Origin: a virus
Taxonomy: Duplodnaviria > Caudoviricetes
IMG/VR virus record: IMGVR_UViG_3300020138_000006
Location: 1 to 64,000 of that record
Strand: one strand, 5' to 3'
Length of the DNA: 64,000 nt
This document shows, piece by piece, positions 1 through 8,014 of the stretch. The stretch's first letter is position 1, and each line of letters opens with the position of its first letter. Below the pieces are notes generated by a model. It searched no databases. It was given only the letters and a program-made list of their open reading frames with translations, and was not told the DNA's origin. The translations under genes were made by a program, and so were the position numbers.

Positions 1-229
1 TGGTCCTCTCGCGCGATAGAACCGCGAAGGATTTTCGATTAACGGGTCCCTGCGCTCGCCGGGAGGGTGGAATCCGTCGTCGATGCCTGCGGCATCGTCG
101 GACCACTAGCGCGGCTTAGCTCGGCGTCCCTAGACTCACGGACAGCGGAGCTCTTGGACCCGGTCGGGTGGGGAGAGTTTCCCGGAGTTTTGCACCACCC
201 TTCACTGCGACCACGAGGAGAGTCCAAGC

Positions 230-583
230 ATGGCTACACGGGTGACGTACGAGGTCCACGATGATCTGACGGGAGAGCCGGGCGCCAAGACGGTGTTCTT
301 CTCGCTCGGCACGCAGGTGTACGAGATCGACCTGGTCGACGGGGAGTCACGTCTCGCAGAGGTCTTGGCCCCGTTCATCGCGGCCGGCCGCAAGTCGGCG
401 TCGCAACGGATGCGCAGGACTCCGGCTCAGGCTGCCACGGAGGAGCGCGCCGCCTACAACCAGCAGGTCAGGCAGTGGGCGCACAGCAACGGGCTGAAGG
501 TGTCGAAGCGGGGTCGGATCTCTGAGGATCTGATCCGTCAGTTCGAGGAGAGCCGTCAGCGGCATGGGGGCAAGCGGGCGTAG
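230..583 (+). CDS. lsr2: Lsr2-like nucleoid-associated DNA-bridging protein
   Basis: N-terminal DDLTG..TVFFSLGTQVYEIDL dimerisation motif and C-terminal VRQWAHSNGLKVSKRGRI AT-hook; RBS GAGGAG. Confidence 0.92.
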   Translation: MATRVTYEVHDDLTGEPGAKTVFFSLGTQVYEIDLVDGESRLAEVLAPFIAAGRKSASQRMRRTPAQAATEERAAYNQQVRQWAHSNGLKVSKRGRISEDLIRQFEESRQRHGGKRA

Positions 584-586
584 CAC

Positions 587-618
587 CGGGGGGCCTTCCG
601 GTCCGAGCGTGGCCCCCG
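587..618 (+). terminator. Putative intrinsic terminator hairpin after lsr2
   Basis: CGGGGGGCC ... GGCCCCCG stem just after the stop codon; no U-tract. Confidence 0.4.
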
Positions 619-682
619 ACTCTGGAGGCTCCGCTCTTGTCGGCACCCGGACGCCGCGACTTTAGCGAGTGCGCGTGTCCGT

Positions 683-735
683 CTACTGCAACACCTACTG
701 CAACACCAGCTTGGCAGTAGGTGTTGCAGTAGGTG
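683..735. repeat. Tandem 12-mer CTACTGCAACAC with inverted copies
   Basis: CTACTGCAACAC twice (683-706); a 19-bp inverted repeat 683-701/714-732. Confidence 0.85.
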
Positions 736-946
736 CCCTGCTCCCGTATGGTCTTCCCAACGCCCCGGAACCGTCCCTGTAACCACCTCGCGTGGTCGAT
801 CAGACGGCCGGGGCTTCGCCTTGTCTGGCTTCGCCCGCACGGCGGGCATGTTGACCGACACCGCCCCTCGCGCGCGATGCGTTTTCCACGGCCGCGCAAA
901 ACGCACGGTGTCGCCATCTGCACCACCGGTCGTGTGGACTTGACGG

Positions 947-1228
947 GTGAACATCGCGCGCGTGCCCGACCGGCCAGAGGTCCGTCGCGGCGTAGGAGAC
1001 CGAATCGCGGACGCCCTTCCGATCGGCGGCGACCACTTCCAGATCGGCCTGGAGGTCAGGGTCGTCGACGTCGACGGGTGCACGTGCGTTCTTCGACGGC
1101 ACGCAGTTCTCGTCCACATCGGGAAGCGGCGGGTTCGCACGTTCCCGTTCTTCAGGATCCCGGGCAGGGTTCTTGCCGAACTGTGGGATCCGCGCGACGG
1201 GTTCGAGCACGTGAACGAAGGGCTTTGA
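947..1228 (+). CDS. Hypothetical protein (93 aa)
   Basis: Fills the space directly upstream of the sigma gene with a 1-nt gap. Confidence 0.5.
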   Translation: MNIARVPDRPEVRRGVGDRIADALPIGGDHFQIGLEVRVVDVDGCTCVLRRHAVLVHIGKRRVRTFPFFRIPGRVLAELWDPRDGFEHVNEGL

Positions 1229-1229
1229 G

Positions 1230-2036
1230 TTGGCGACGGAGCGGTACGACCCCGATCGAGAACTTCTCCCGGAGCGTTGGGCTCAGGCGAAGTCAGGCGA
1301 ATCAGCCGCAGTCGCCTGGCTGGTGGAGAGGTACCACTGGCTGGCACTGAAGGTCGCGCGAGCGAAGCCGGTGCCGCCGCACTTCGACCGTGAGGACGTC
1401 GTGTCGTGGGCGAACATGGGCCTGTTCGATGCGGTACGCAAGTTCAAGCCAGAGCAGAACTCTGACGGCAAGCTCCACGAGCACTTCATCGGTTTCGCGA
1501 CGCTGCGGATCCACGGGGCGATCCTCGACGGGATGAAGGCACCCGGCCAGTCATGGGCGACCCGTGAGGTGTGGCGTCAGCACCGTCGGGTGAAGGAGGC
1601 CGAGGAGGCGCTGGAGCAGCTTCACGGTCGGCTGGTGTCCCGTGCTGAGGTTGCAGAGCATCTCGGTGTCGAGGAGCGGGAGATGCCGGTGTTCCGCCAG
1701 CAGATCCCACTCTCGGCAGTGGGGGACGGGGGACTGGATGCCAGCGAGGAACCGATCCCGCACGAGTTCTTCCATGACACGGACACCCCGAGCGACATTG
1801 TCGAGGTCTCGGCCATCGCGGATCGCTTGGCGTGGGCCCTGTCGTTCTTGTCGGACGAGGATCAGGCCTTCATGGCGGACGGGTACGTGCGCGGGGTCGC
1901 CGACTCGGACATCGCAGACCGGTACGAGATCCCGCTGGCGGCTGTGCGTCCACGTCGGGCAGCGATCTTCAACCGGATGTTGGAGCTCCTGAGCCTGTCC
2001 GATCCGTCGAGTGCTGTGCCTGTACCCAGGAGGTGA
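1230..2036 (+). CDS. RNA polymerase sigma factor, FliA/WhiG (sigma-28)-like
   Basis: Region 2 motifs DREDVVSWANMGLFDAVRKF and FATLRIHGAILDGMK, region 3 EVAEHLGV, region 4 HTH DIADRYEIPLAAV. Confidence 0.88.
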   Translation: MATERYDPDRELLPERWAQAKSGESAAVAWLVERYHWLALKVARAKPVPPHFDREDVVSWANMGLFDAVRKFKPEQNSDGKLHEHFIGFATLRIHGAILDGMKAPGQSWATREVWRQHRRVKEAEEALEQLHGRLVSRAEVAEHLGVEEREMPVFRQQIPLSAVGDGGLDASEEPIPHEFFHDTDTPSDIVEVSAIADRLAWALSFLSDEDQAFMADGYVRGVADSDIADRYEIPLAAVRPRRAAIFNRMLELLSLSDPSSAVPVPRR

Positions 2037-2037
2037 C

Positions 2038-2292
2038 ATGGCACGCAACCGCGCACGTACCGCTCAGGTGCGACCCGCGCCCTTCATGCCGTCCGTCGAG
2101 GCCACGGCCGAGCTCGGGGAGAACTCTGAGGTCGAGGAGGTCGAGGTCGAGGACGACGAGGCACAGGACACGGCTCGTGAGCTCGGCTCTGTCGTGACGG
2201 AGCGGGCGGTGCCCTTCGAGGTTCGACCGGACGGATCCATCGCGCACTTCGCCCACGCGAGCGCGCAGATCGCACGAGAGGTGGGCAGCTAG
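2038..2292 (+). CDS. Small acidic hypothetical protein
   Basis: ATG after AGGAGG; acidic EVEEVEVEDDE tract; abuts next gene. Confidence 0.6.
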   Translation: MARNRARTAQVRPAPFMPSVEATAELGENSEVEEVEVEDDEAQDTARELGSVVTERAVPFEVRPDGSIAHFAHASAQIAREVGS

Positions 2293-2720
2293 TGACCGAC
2301 TACCCGTACGCGGGCGACACGACCAAGGTCGCTCCGAACCAGCCGTACAAGGGCACGGGCCTCGGTCCGCACACCGAGACGGCGAACCCCGGCATCACGT
2401 ACTCGCAGGAGCCGGACGTGCTGGGCCGCTACCGGGCCAAGCCCGACGTCGAGATCGAGGTCGAGATCGAGGACGCCTCGCTCGACATCGCGGCCACCGC
2501 GCAGATCACGGTCTCGGCGACGATCAACCCCGGCGAGGGCTACGAGCCCATCGAGAAGGACGTCACCGAGAACTCCACCTACGAGTCGTCGGACGACGAG
2601 GTGGCCACGGTCTCGGCGGACGGCCTGGTTACTGCCGTCGGCGAGGGCACGGCGACGATCACCGTCACGTACGCCGGCGCCACCGAGGAGGTTGAGGTCA
2701 CGGTCGTCGACCCGACGTGA
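2292..2720 (+). CDS. Ig-like (Big_2) domain protein, probable virion decoration
   Basis: YESSDDEVATVSADGLVTAVGEGTATITVTY is the Big_2 signature. Confidence 0.85.
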   Translation: MTDYPYAGDTTKVAPNQPYKGTGLGPHTETANPGITYSQEPDVLGRYRAKPDVEIEVEIEDASLDIAATAQITVSATINPGEGYEPIEKDVTENSTYESSDDEVATVSADGLVTAVGEGTATITVTYAGATEEVEVTVVDPT

Positions 2721-2739
2721 CGCGCGCAACTCGGCACAC

Positions 2740-2776
2740 ACAGAAGGGTCTCGGGCACTGCCCGGGGCCCTTCTGT
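2740..2776 (+). terminator. Intrinsic terminator hairpin
   Basis: ACAGAAGGGTCTCGGGCA-C-TGCCCGGGGCCCTTCTGT long stem. Confidence 0.7.
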
Positions 2777-2823
2777 TGTCGATGCCCGAGGTACCCGAGT
2801 ACGCCGAGAGAGGGACGTGGGCA

Positions 2824-3603
2824 GTGGCTGCAACGAACAACGGCTGGCCGGTCGTCGGCTCGACAGCCGTCACCCGCGCCTACTACGCGGGCGACCGCGA
2901 CGGTGCGCTCGTCCTGAAGGGCGACGTGCAGACCGCCTTCGGGTGGCTCGTCCAGCAGATCCACACCCGAGTCGAGCCGGTCACGGTGGTCAACGGGTGG
3001 CGGTCGGCAGCGGACAACGTTGCTGCGGGCGGTGCGGCGGGTTCCAATCACCAGTCCGGCACCGCCCTGGACATCAACGGCCATCTGCACCCGTACGAGG
3101 CAAAGCTCCCTGCCAGCCAGCGGGGCACGCACTACCGCTCGGGGTGGAACTCGTCTCAGATCGCGGCGATCCACCAGATCTTGTCGGAGTCGGGCGGGCT
3201 GTTCTCGTGGGGTCTGAGCTACGGCTCCGGTTTCCGCGATGCCATGCACTTCGACATCACCAAGGGCCGCACGGCCGCCGACGTCGCGAAGTTCGTTGCG
3301 ACCATCACCAAGGAGACCGACATGCCGCTCACTCCGGCCGACATCGATGCCGTGCAGGCGGCTGCGCTGAAGGGGGTTTACGCGCTCTTCCAGCAGGCCG
3401 CAACTCGTGACACTCCCACCGGGCGGCAGTTCGGGGACTACGTCATCGCGATCCTCGACCCGCTCGTCACCGCACGCACGGCCGCCGCCCTCGACGAGAA
3501 GGCGCTGGCCGATGCTCTCGCCACGCGCGGCGTGACCGGCGTCGACCCTGCCGCTGTCGCGAAGGCCGTCGGGGACCTGCTCGCCAAGCGCCTGGTGTCG
3601 TGA
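2824..3603 (+). CDS. Endolysin, peptidase M15 family
   Basis: NGWRS..SNHQSGTALDIN..DAMHFDI zinc-peptidase motifs; next to holin; start moved to GTG 2824 after a purine-rich RBS. Confidence 0.88.
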   Translation: MAATNNGWPVVGSTAVTRAYYAGDRDGALVLKGDVQTAFGWLVQQIHTRVEPVTVVNGWRSAADNVAAGGAAGSNHQSGTALDINGHLHPYEAKLPASQRGTHYRSGWNSSQIAAIHQILSESGGLFSWGLSYGSGFRDAMHFDITKGRTAADVAKFVATITKETDMPLTPADIDAVQAAALKGVYALFQQAATRDTPTGRQFGDYVIAILDPLVTARTAAALDEKALADALATRGVTGVDPAAVAKAVGDLLAKRLVS

Positions 3604-3953
3604 ACGCTCCGGTCAGTCAGTCGTCCGTCGAGCCGATGACGCTCGGCGAGATCAGCCGCACGCTGACTCGCCTGGATGACGGCCAGAAGGAGCTCATCGC
3701 ACGGATCGACCTGATGCGCGGCGAGTTCGTGCACCGGGGCGAGTACGACCAGCGCTCAGTCTTCATCGACCGGGAGCTGCGTGACATCAAGGCCCGTGTC
3801 GACCGCGTAGAGGAAGGTGTCGCAGCCAACGCGGGCCGTTCTGGCTCCTCGGGCTGGACCATCGCGTCGGTCGTCATCGGTGGCGTCGTCGGGCTCGGGT
3901 CTGTCCTGACGCTGCTCATCACCCTCATGCGCATCATCCCCGACGTCCCGTAG
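3600..3953 (+). CDS. Lysis-cassette membrane protein (coiled coil plus C-terminal TM helix)
   Basis: Coiled-coil N-terminus, hydrophobic WTIASVVIGGVVGLGSVLTLLITLM; lies between lysin and holin. Confidence 0.7.
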   Translation: MNAPVSQSSVEPMTLGEISRTLTRLDDGQKELIARIDLMRGEFVHRGEYDQRSVFIDRELRDIKARVDRVEEGVAANAGRSGSSGWTIASVVIGGVVGLGSVLTLLITLMRIIPDVP

Positions 3954-3963
3954 GAGGACTCCC

Positions 3964-4179
3964 ATGTCTCAGCTCACCTCTCGCAAGTGGTGGTCGGCGG
4001 CAGCCGTCCGTGCGATCAAGACCGCGGCGCAGACCTTCATCGCCTCCGTCGCGACCGTGACCGTCCTCGGCGACGTGCCGTGGTCCGTCGTCGGCGGCAC
4101 CGTCGGGCTCGCCGCGCTGCTCTCCCTCGCGACGTCCCTCGGTGGCCTGCCCGAGGTCGACGACAGCACCGACGACTGA
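3964..4179 (+). CDS. Holin, r1t-like
   Basis: KWWSAAAVRAIKTAAQTFIA..GLAALLSLATSLGGLPEV typical of r1t holins; RBS AGGAGG. Confidence 0.85.
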   Translation: MSQLTSRKWWSAAAVRAIKTAAQTFIASVATVTVLGDVPWSVVGGTVGLAALLSLATSLGGLPEVDDSTDD

Positions 4180-4186
4180 CCAGGTG

Positions 4187-4234
4187 GACAAGAGCGGCCC
4201 GGCCCTGCTTCGGCAGGCGCGGGGCCGCTCTGTC
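4187..4234 (+). terminator. Intrinsic terminator hairpin after holin
   Basis: GACAAGAGCGGCCC ... GGGGCCGCTCTGTC stem. Confidence 0.6.
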
Positions 4235-4350
4235 GTCAAGGCGTGTCAGGCATCTAGGTTGCGGAGTTTGCAACAGTGGGTTCCTCTCCGCGCTGTCGCC
4301 CCTCTCGGGGACCAGGTCGATCCATCTCTGTAGACGAGGGAGGGACTCAC

Positions 4351-4728
4351 ATGGCGATCACGATCGGGACGCACGGGCTTATCGAGGACGGGCTCGTGTG
4401 GCGGGTGGCGGCCGGTGCGGACGCGACCGCGCGATTCGTGCTGTGGGACGACGACGAGCGCACGACCCCGACGGATCTGACGGGTGTGGCCGGGGCGTGC
4501 GAGGTCCGCACGAAGCTCGGCGGCACCCTCCTCGCCACCGCCGTCGTCACTGTCGATGGGCCCGCCGGCACGGTCGACGTGCACCTGCCCGCCGACGAGT
4601 CCATCGGGTGGTCCGCGCGCACCACGACCGCCGTCTTCGACGTCGAGCTCACCGCCGACGACGGGACCGTGACCCGACTGTGCACCGGGACCCTCGACAT
4701 CTCCCCCAACGCCACGACGGGAGCCTGA
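4351..4728 (+). CDS. BppU-N-like tail fibre adaptor / minor tail protein
   Basis: PTDLTGVAGACEVR..GTVDVHL..AVFDVEL..VTRLCTGTLDISPNAT pattern; precedes the collagen-like gene. Confidence 0.6.
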   Translation: MAITIGTHGLIEDGLVWRVAAGADATARFVLWDDDERTTPTDLTGVAGACEVRTKLGGTLLATAVVTVDGPAGTVDVHLPADESIGWSARTTTAVFDVELTADDGTVTRLCTGTLDISPNATTGA

Positions 4729-4729
4729 T

Positions 4730-5413
4730 GTGGGCGTCATCGTGATCGACGGAGGCAACCCCGCCACCGTCGACGTCGTCGTCACACCCGCCGCCGCCGT
4801 CGACGTCCTCGCACCACGCGGCCTGCCCGGCGCCAAGGGCGCCCCCGGCGACCAGGGCCCCAAGGGCGACCCCGGCACCGACGGTGCACCAGGCCAGGAC
4901 GGCCAGGACGGCGCGTCCGCGTACGAGCTCGCGCTCGCGGCTGGCTTCGACGGGTCCCTGCAGGACTGGCTGGCGTCCCTCGTCGGCCCGCAGGGCGACC
5001 CCGGCCAGGACGGTGCCCCGGGCGAGGACGGCGCTCCCGGCCGCGACGGCGTCGACGGCCAGGACGGTACTCCCGGAGCCCCCGGCGCTGACGGCGAGGA
5101 CGGGCTCACGCCGACGTTCACGGTCGGCACGGTCACGACCGGTGCACCGGGCACGGACGCCGAGGTCGCCGTGACGGGCGGCCCGGACTACGAGCTCTCG
5201 TTCACGATCCCGCGCGGCGCGCAGGGCGACCCGGGTACGGGTGGTGGCGGGGGCGCCGACGACGAGGCTGTCGCGGCTCTCGTCGGCGATGCGGGGTCGG
5301 AGACGGGTGCGGCGCTGCGGGCGCTGTTCGCGCAGATCTGGCGTGGGACGCAGGCCGAGTACGACGCCCTGAGCGAGTACGACTCGATGACGCTGTACGT
5401 GGTGGTGGGCTGA
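4730..5413 (+). CDS. Collagen-like tail fibre protein
   Basis: Gly-X-Y repeats (GAKGAPGDQGPKGDPG...) and C-terminal QIWRGTQAEYDAL..TLYVVVG fibre motif. Confidence 0.85.
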   Translation: MGVIVIDGGNPATVDVVVTPAAAVDVLAPRGLPGAKGAPGDQGPKGDPGTDGAPGQDGQDGASAYELALAAGFDGSLQDWLASLVGPQGDPGQDGAPGEDGAPGRDGVDGQDGTPGAPGADGEDGLTPTFTVGTVTTGAPGTDAEVAVTGGPDYELSFTIPRGAQGDPGTGGGGGADDEAVAALVGDAGSETGAALRALFAQIWRGTQAEYDALSEYDSMTLYVVVG

Positions 5414-6711
5414 TGGGTATCGCGGCGGACCGTCTCTACCTCGGTGAGGACCTCATCTTCGACTCGTCCACGAGCGAGCAGCACGAGGTCGTCGACATCT
5501 TCGATCGACTCACGGTCGGACCTGACTACGCGGTACTCAACTCGCTGGCCGAGGGCTCGGCCGTGACGGCTGCGATCAGCCCTTTCGGGACGTTCACCGT
5601 CGGGGGGTACGCCCCGATGGCTGTGCGGGACACGGGCAGGTCGGACAGCTTGGTCACGCTGCGGCTCGGGGTCGGCCCCCAGCTGCAGCTCCACCCCCGG
5701 GTGATCGACGTCAACAACTGGATCGGGTGGATGCCGTCGTCGGGGCGCCTGCGGCTCCGGGTCGCCGGCGTGTCGACTGACTCGACGAAGGTCGCGACGG
5801 CCGCGGAGAGCGGCGACTTGATCGACATGCTCACTCGTGAGGACGGCGCCGCCATCTACCGGAACGGCGCCATCCTCCTCGTGATCGACGACCCACGGTT
5901 CGCTGCAGCGACCAGGGTTGGATTCGGCTCGGGAGGCGCCTCGGGGTCCGCAGCGATCTCGACGATGCGGGTGAGCGCCGCACCGAAGGCTCCGACTCTC
6001 GCGGGCGTCGACGCGCAGATCGACGCGGCGACTTCGGTCGAGGACTACGCCGCGGCGCTCGGGCCTGCGCTCGCGTGGGCGGGCGCGTCGTTGCAGATCC
6101 ACACGACCGCCAGCGGCTACTTCTCCGGCAGCTTGAGCCTGTCGGACCCGTCACTGAGGGCATCCGCGAAGGCCGTCGCGCGCTGCCTGGTGCGCCTACC
6201 GTGGCGGTTTCGCTCCGGGCCGCAGCCGTGGGTGCTGCACATCGGCGCCGACCTTCGCTCCGGCGGGAGCTCCGCGTCGGGCCTGACCGTCTCGGACGTC
6301 GATCTCTACATCGCGGTGCCGCCGACAGCGGCGCAGTACGACACCGTCACCTCTGACGATGCGGCCGCGCGGGACCACGTCCTGCACCACGAGCTCGGGC
6401 ATCTCGTCCACATGCGTTCGTCGGCTCCCGGGGCCTCGGCGCTGTCGGCGGCGGTGACGGCCGCGAACCCTCCCGGGTTCTCGTACGGCGGTAGTGCTGT
6501 CGGGGGACCGCGCCCGACAGGCTTCTGCCGCGGCTATGGCACCCAGAACGTGAACGAGGACATCGCCGACGTCATCGGCTGGCTGATGACACCGGCCCTG
6601 CGTGACCAGCTCGACACCTGGTGCGAGACCGACTCGTACCTCGCAACGAAGGTCGCCGCCGTGCGCGCGTTCATGCATGGGCTCGGGTGGGGCACCGGCT
6701 ACTGGTCCTAG
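5413..6711 (+). CDS. Putative virion protein: beta-rich N-terminus plus C-terminal zincin metallopeptidase
   Basis: HHELGHLVH (HExxH) followed by GYGTQNVNEDIA (third-ligand Glu); 1-nt overlap with the collagen gene. Confidence 0.7.
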   Translation: MGIAADRLYLGEDLIFDSSTSEQHEVVDIFDRLTVGPDYAVLNSLAEGSAVTAAISPFGTFTVGGYAPMAVRDTGRSDSLVTLRLGVGPQLQLHPRVIDVNNWIGWMPSSGRLRLRVAGVSTDSTKVATAAESGDLIDMLTREDGAAIYRNGAILLVIDDPRFAAATRVGFGSGGASGSAAISTMRVSAAPKAPTLAGVDAQIDAATSVEDYAAALGPALAWAGASLQIHTTASGYFSGSLSLSDPSLRASAKAVARCLVRLPWRFRSGPQPWVLHIGADLRSGGSSASGLTVSDVDLYIAVPPTAAQYDTVTSDDAAARDHVLHHELGHLVHMRSSAPGASALSAAVTAANPPGFSYGGSAVGGPRPTGFCRGYGTQNVNEDIADVIGWLMTPALRDQLDTWCETDSYLATKVAAVRAFMHGLGWGTGYWS

Positions 6712-6758
6712 AGCCGACGCCCGCGCCGGTTCTTGAAGACCACCACAGGAGGAGACCG

Positions 6759-6836
6759 ATGGGGAGCTTGACGACGAACAACGGCTGGGCGATCGTCGGA
6801 TCAGCCTCCGTCACGCGCGTCTACCTCGCGGGCTAG
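6759..6836 (+). pseudogene. 25-codon ORF homologous to the endolysin N-terminus
   Basis: MGSLTTNNGWAIVGSASVTRVYLAG aligns with endolysin AATNNGWPVVGSTAVTRAYYAG; strong RBS AGGAGGAG. Confidence 0.65.
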
Positions 6837-6840
6837 GGCA

Positions 6841-6865
6841 TTTTGCGCTACCGCGCAGATCTCAC
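6841..6865. promoter_or_regulatory. Degenerate copy of the GCGCTAGCGC motif
   Basis: TTTTGCGCTACCGCGCAGATCTCAC at the junction of convergent operons. Confidence 0.5.
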
Positions 6866-7557
6866 GAAGCCTTCTTGACGAGGTTCGAGACGTAGTCGCT
6901 CGTCACCCCGAGCCGCGCGGCGATCTCCCCGTTCGACAGGCCGAAGGACGACAGGAACTTCGCCTCTGCGGCCTTCTCGGCCGACGAGAGGCCCCGAGAG
7001 AGCAGCCCACCCTTCCCGTCCCACAGCGGGTCGTGCAGAAGGTCCTGGTCGTACTCCTCGGCCCGCTTCCACCCCTTGCCGCGTGCGTACGCACGGCAGT
7101 GCGGGCTCGGGCCGTCCCGGTACGCGAACTCGTCGAGCCACTCGATCATTTCTTCGACGAACGGGCGCGTGCAGGTGTCGGACTTCACGTACACCTCTCG
7201 CGGGAGGTGGCGCTTCGCACTCCAGCCAGCCGCCGCCATGCAGTGGATACGGATCTTCGTTGCCGCGCTAGAGATGAGGTAGACGCTCTCCTGGGGCAGG
7301 TTCGGCAGGGTCCGGAGCTTCTCGATGGTCGACGGGTACACGTACCTGCTCTGCCCTGTCTTGACCTTCCAGATCACCGAGGTGTGCAGGCCTGCCGCAC
7401 GGGCGAGGGCGAAGTGCGACAGGTTGTGCTTCTCCATCTGCCGCTCGATGAGCTCCCGCGCTGTCTCGATGGGCTGGTACCACTGCCAGTCGGGGTTCTC
7501 CAGGCGCCGCAGCTTGCGGTACTTGGCGTTGGCGTACTTCTGCGGCCGGGTGGTCAT
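6862..7557 (-). CDS. HTH DNA-binding protein (XRE-like N-terminal HTH and a C-terminal HTH)
   Basis: NLSHFALARAAGLHTSVIWKVKTG and GLSNGEIAARLGVTSDYVSNL; start moved to ATG 7557. Confidence 0.7.
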   Translation of the reverse strand: MTTRPQKYANAKYRKLRRLENPDWQWYQPIETARELIERQMEKHNLSHFALARAAGLHTSVIWKVKTGQSRYVYPSTIEKLRTLPNLPQESVYLISSAATKIRIHCMAAAGWSAKRHLPREVYVKSDTCTRPFVEEMIEWLDEFAYRDGPSPHCRAYARGKGWKRAEEYDQDLLHDPLWDGKGGLLSRGLSSAEKAAEAKFLSSFGLSNGEIAARLGVTSDYVSNLVKKAS

Positions 7558-7772
7558 TCGCGGCTCGCTCGGGTCGGCGCACTCTCGGCCAGGGGGTGGG
7601 TCAGCCGGCACGTCTGGCGGACGGGGTGCTGTGCGATCGGGGCGTCGATCTCTGCGTCGGGGCAGACGGCGTGCTTCCATGCCTGGTCCTCGTCGGCGCG
7701 GATCAGGTCGCCGGGCTGCCAGCGCTCGCCACAGTCGGGGCAGATGCCGGAGTAGCGGGCCATGAGCGTCAT
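7554..7772 (-). CDS. Small Cys/His-rich hypothetical protein
   Basis: ARYSGICPDCGERW..WKHAVC zinc-binding pattern; 4-nt overlaps. Confidence 0.65.
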   Translation of the reverse strand: MTLMARYSGICPDCGERWQPGDLIRADEDQAWKHAVCPDAEIDAPIAQHPVRQTCRLTHPLAESAPTRASRE

Positions 7773-8014
7773 CGACCGTCCTCCGTCGTCAGGTGCTTGT
7801 CGAGCAAGCGGACCGTCGAGCAGGGCCAGGTGCTGCGGCAGTGGTCACACAAGTCAGGGAACTCGGTCTGCCCGAACGTCACGAAGTCGCCCAGTCGCCA
7901 CGGTCGCCGCCTGTGCAACGCCCGGATCGCGTCCACGGCTGCGGTCAGGCGTCGCACTTCGGCCACGAGACGCGGCACGTTTTCCAGGTCGGCGGCTGTC
8001 AGTGGGTCGCTCAT
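7769..8014 (-). CDS. Hypothetical phage protein
   Basis: LCDHCRSTWPCSTVRLL motif of small actinophage proteins; ATG 8014. Confidence 0.65.
   Translation of the reverse strand: MSDPLTAADLENVPRLVAEVRRLTAAVDAIRALHRRRPWRLGDFVTFGQTEFPDLCDHCRSTWPCSTVRLLDKHLTTEDGR

Noticed and set aside
100-200. tRNA-like sequence (GCGCGGCTTAGCTC...) upstream of lsr2
   Set aside because: No T-loop GTTC motif or closable cloverleaf found by eye; tRNAscan-SE or ARAGORN would settle it
683-735. Possible CRISPR array
   Set aside because: Only two adjacent 12-mers plus inverted copies; no spacers and no cas operon
2692-2823. Longer endolysin start given by the ORF track
   Set aside because: It overlaps the Ig gene and runs through a terminator hairpin; GTG 2824 has an RBS and matches the start of the 6759 paralogous fragment
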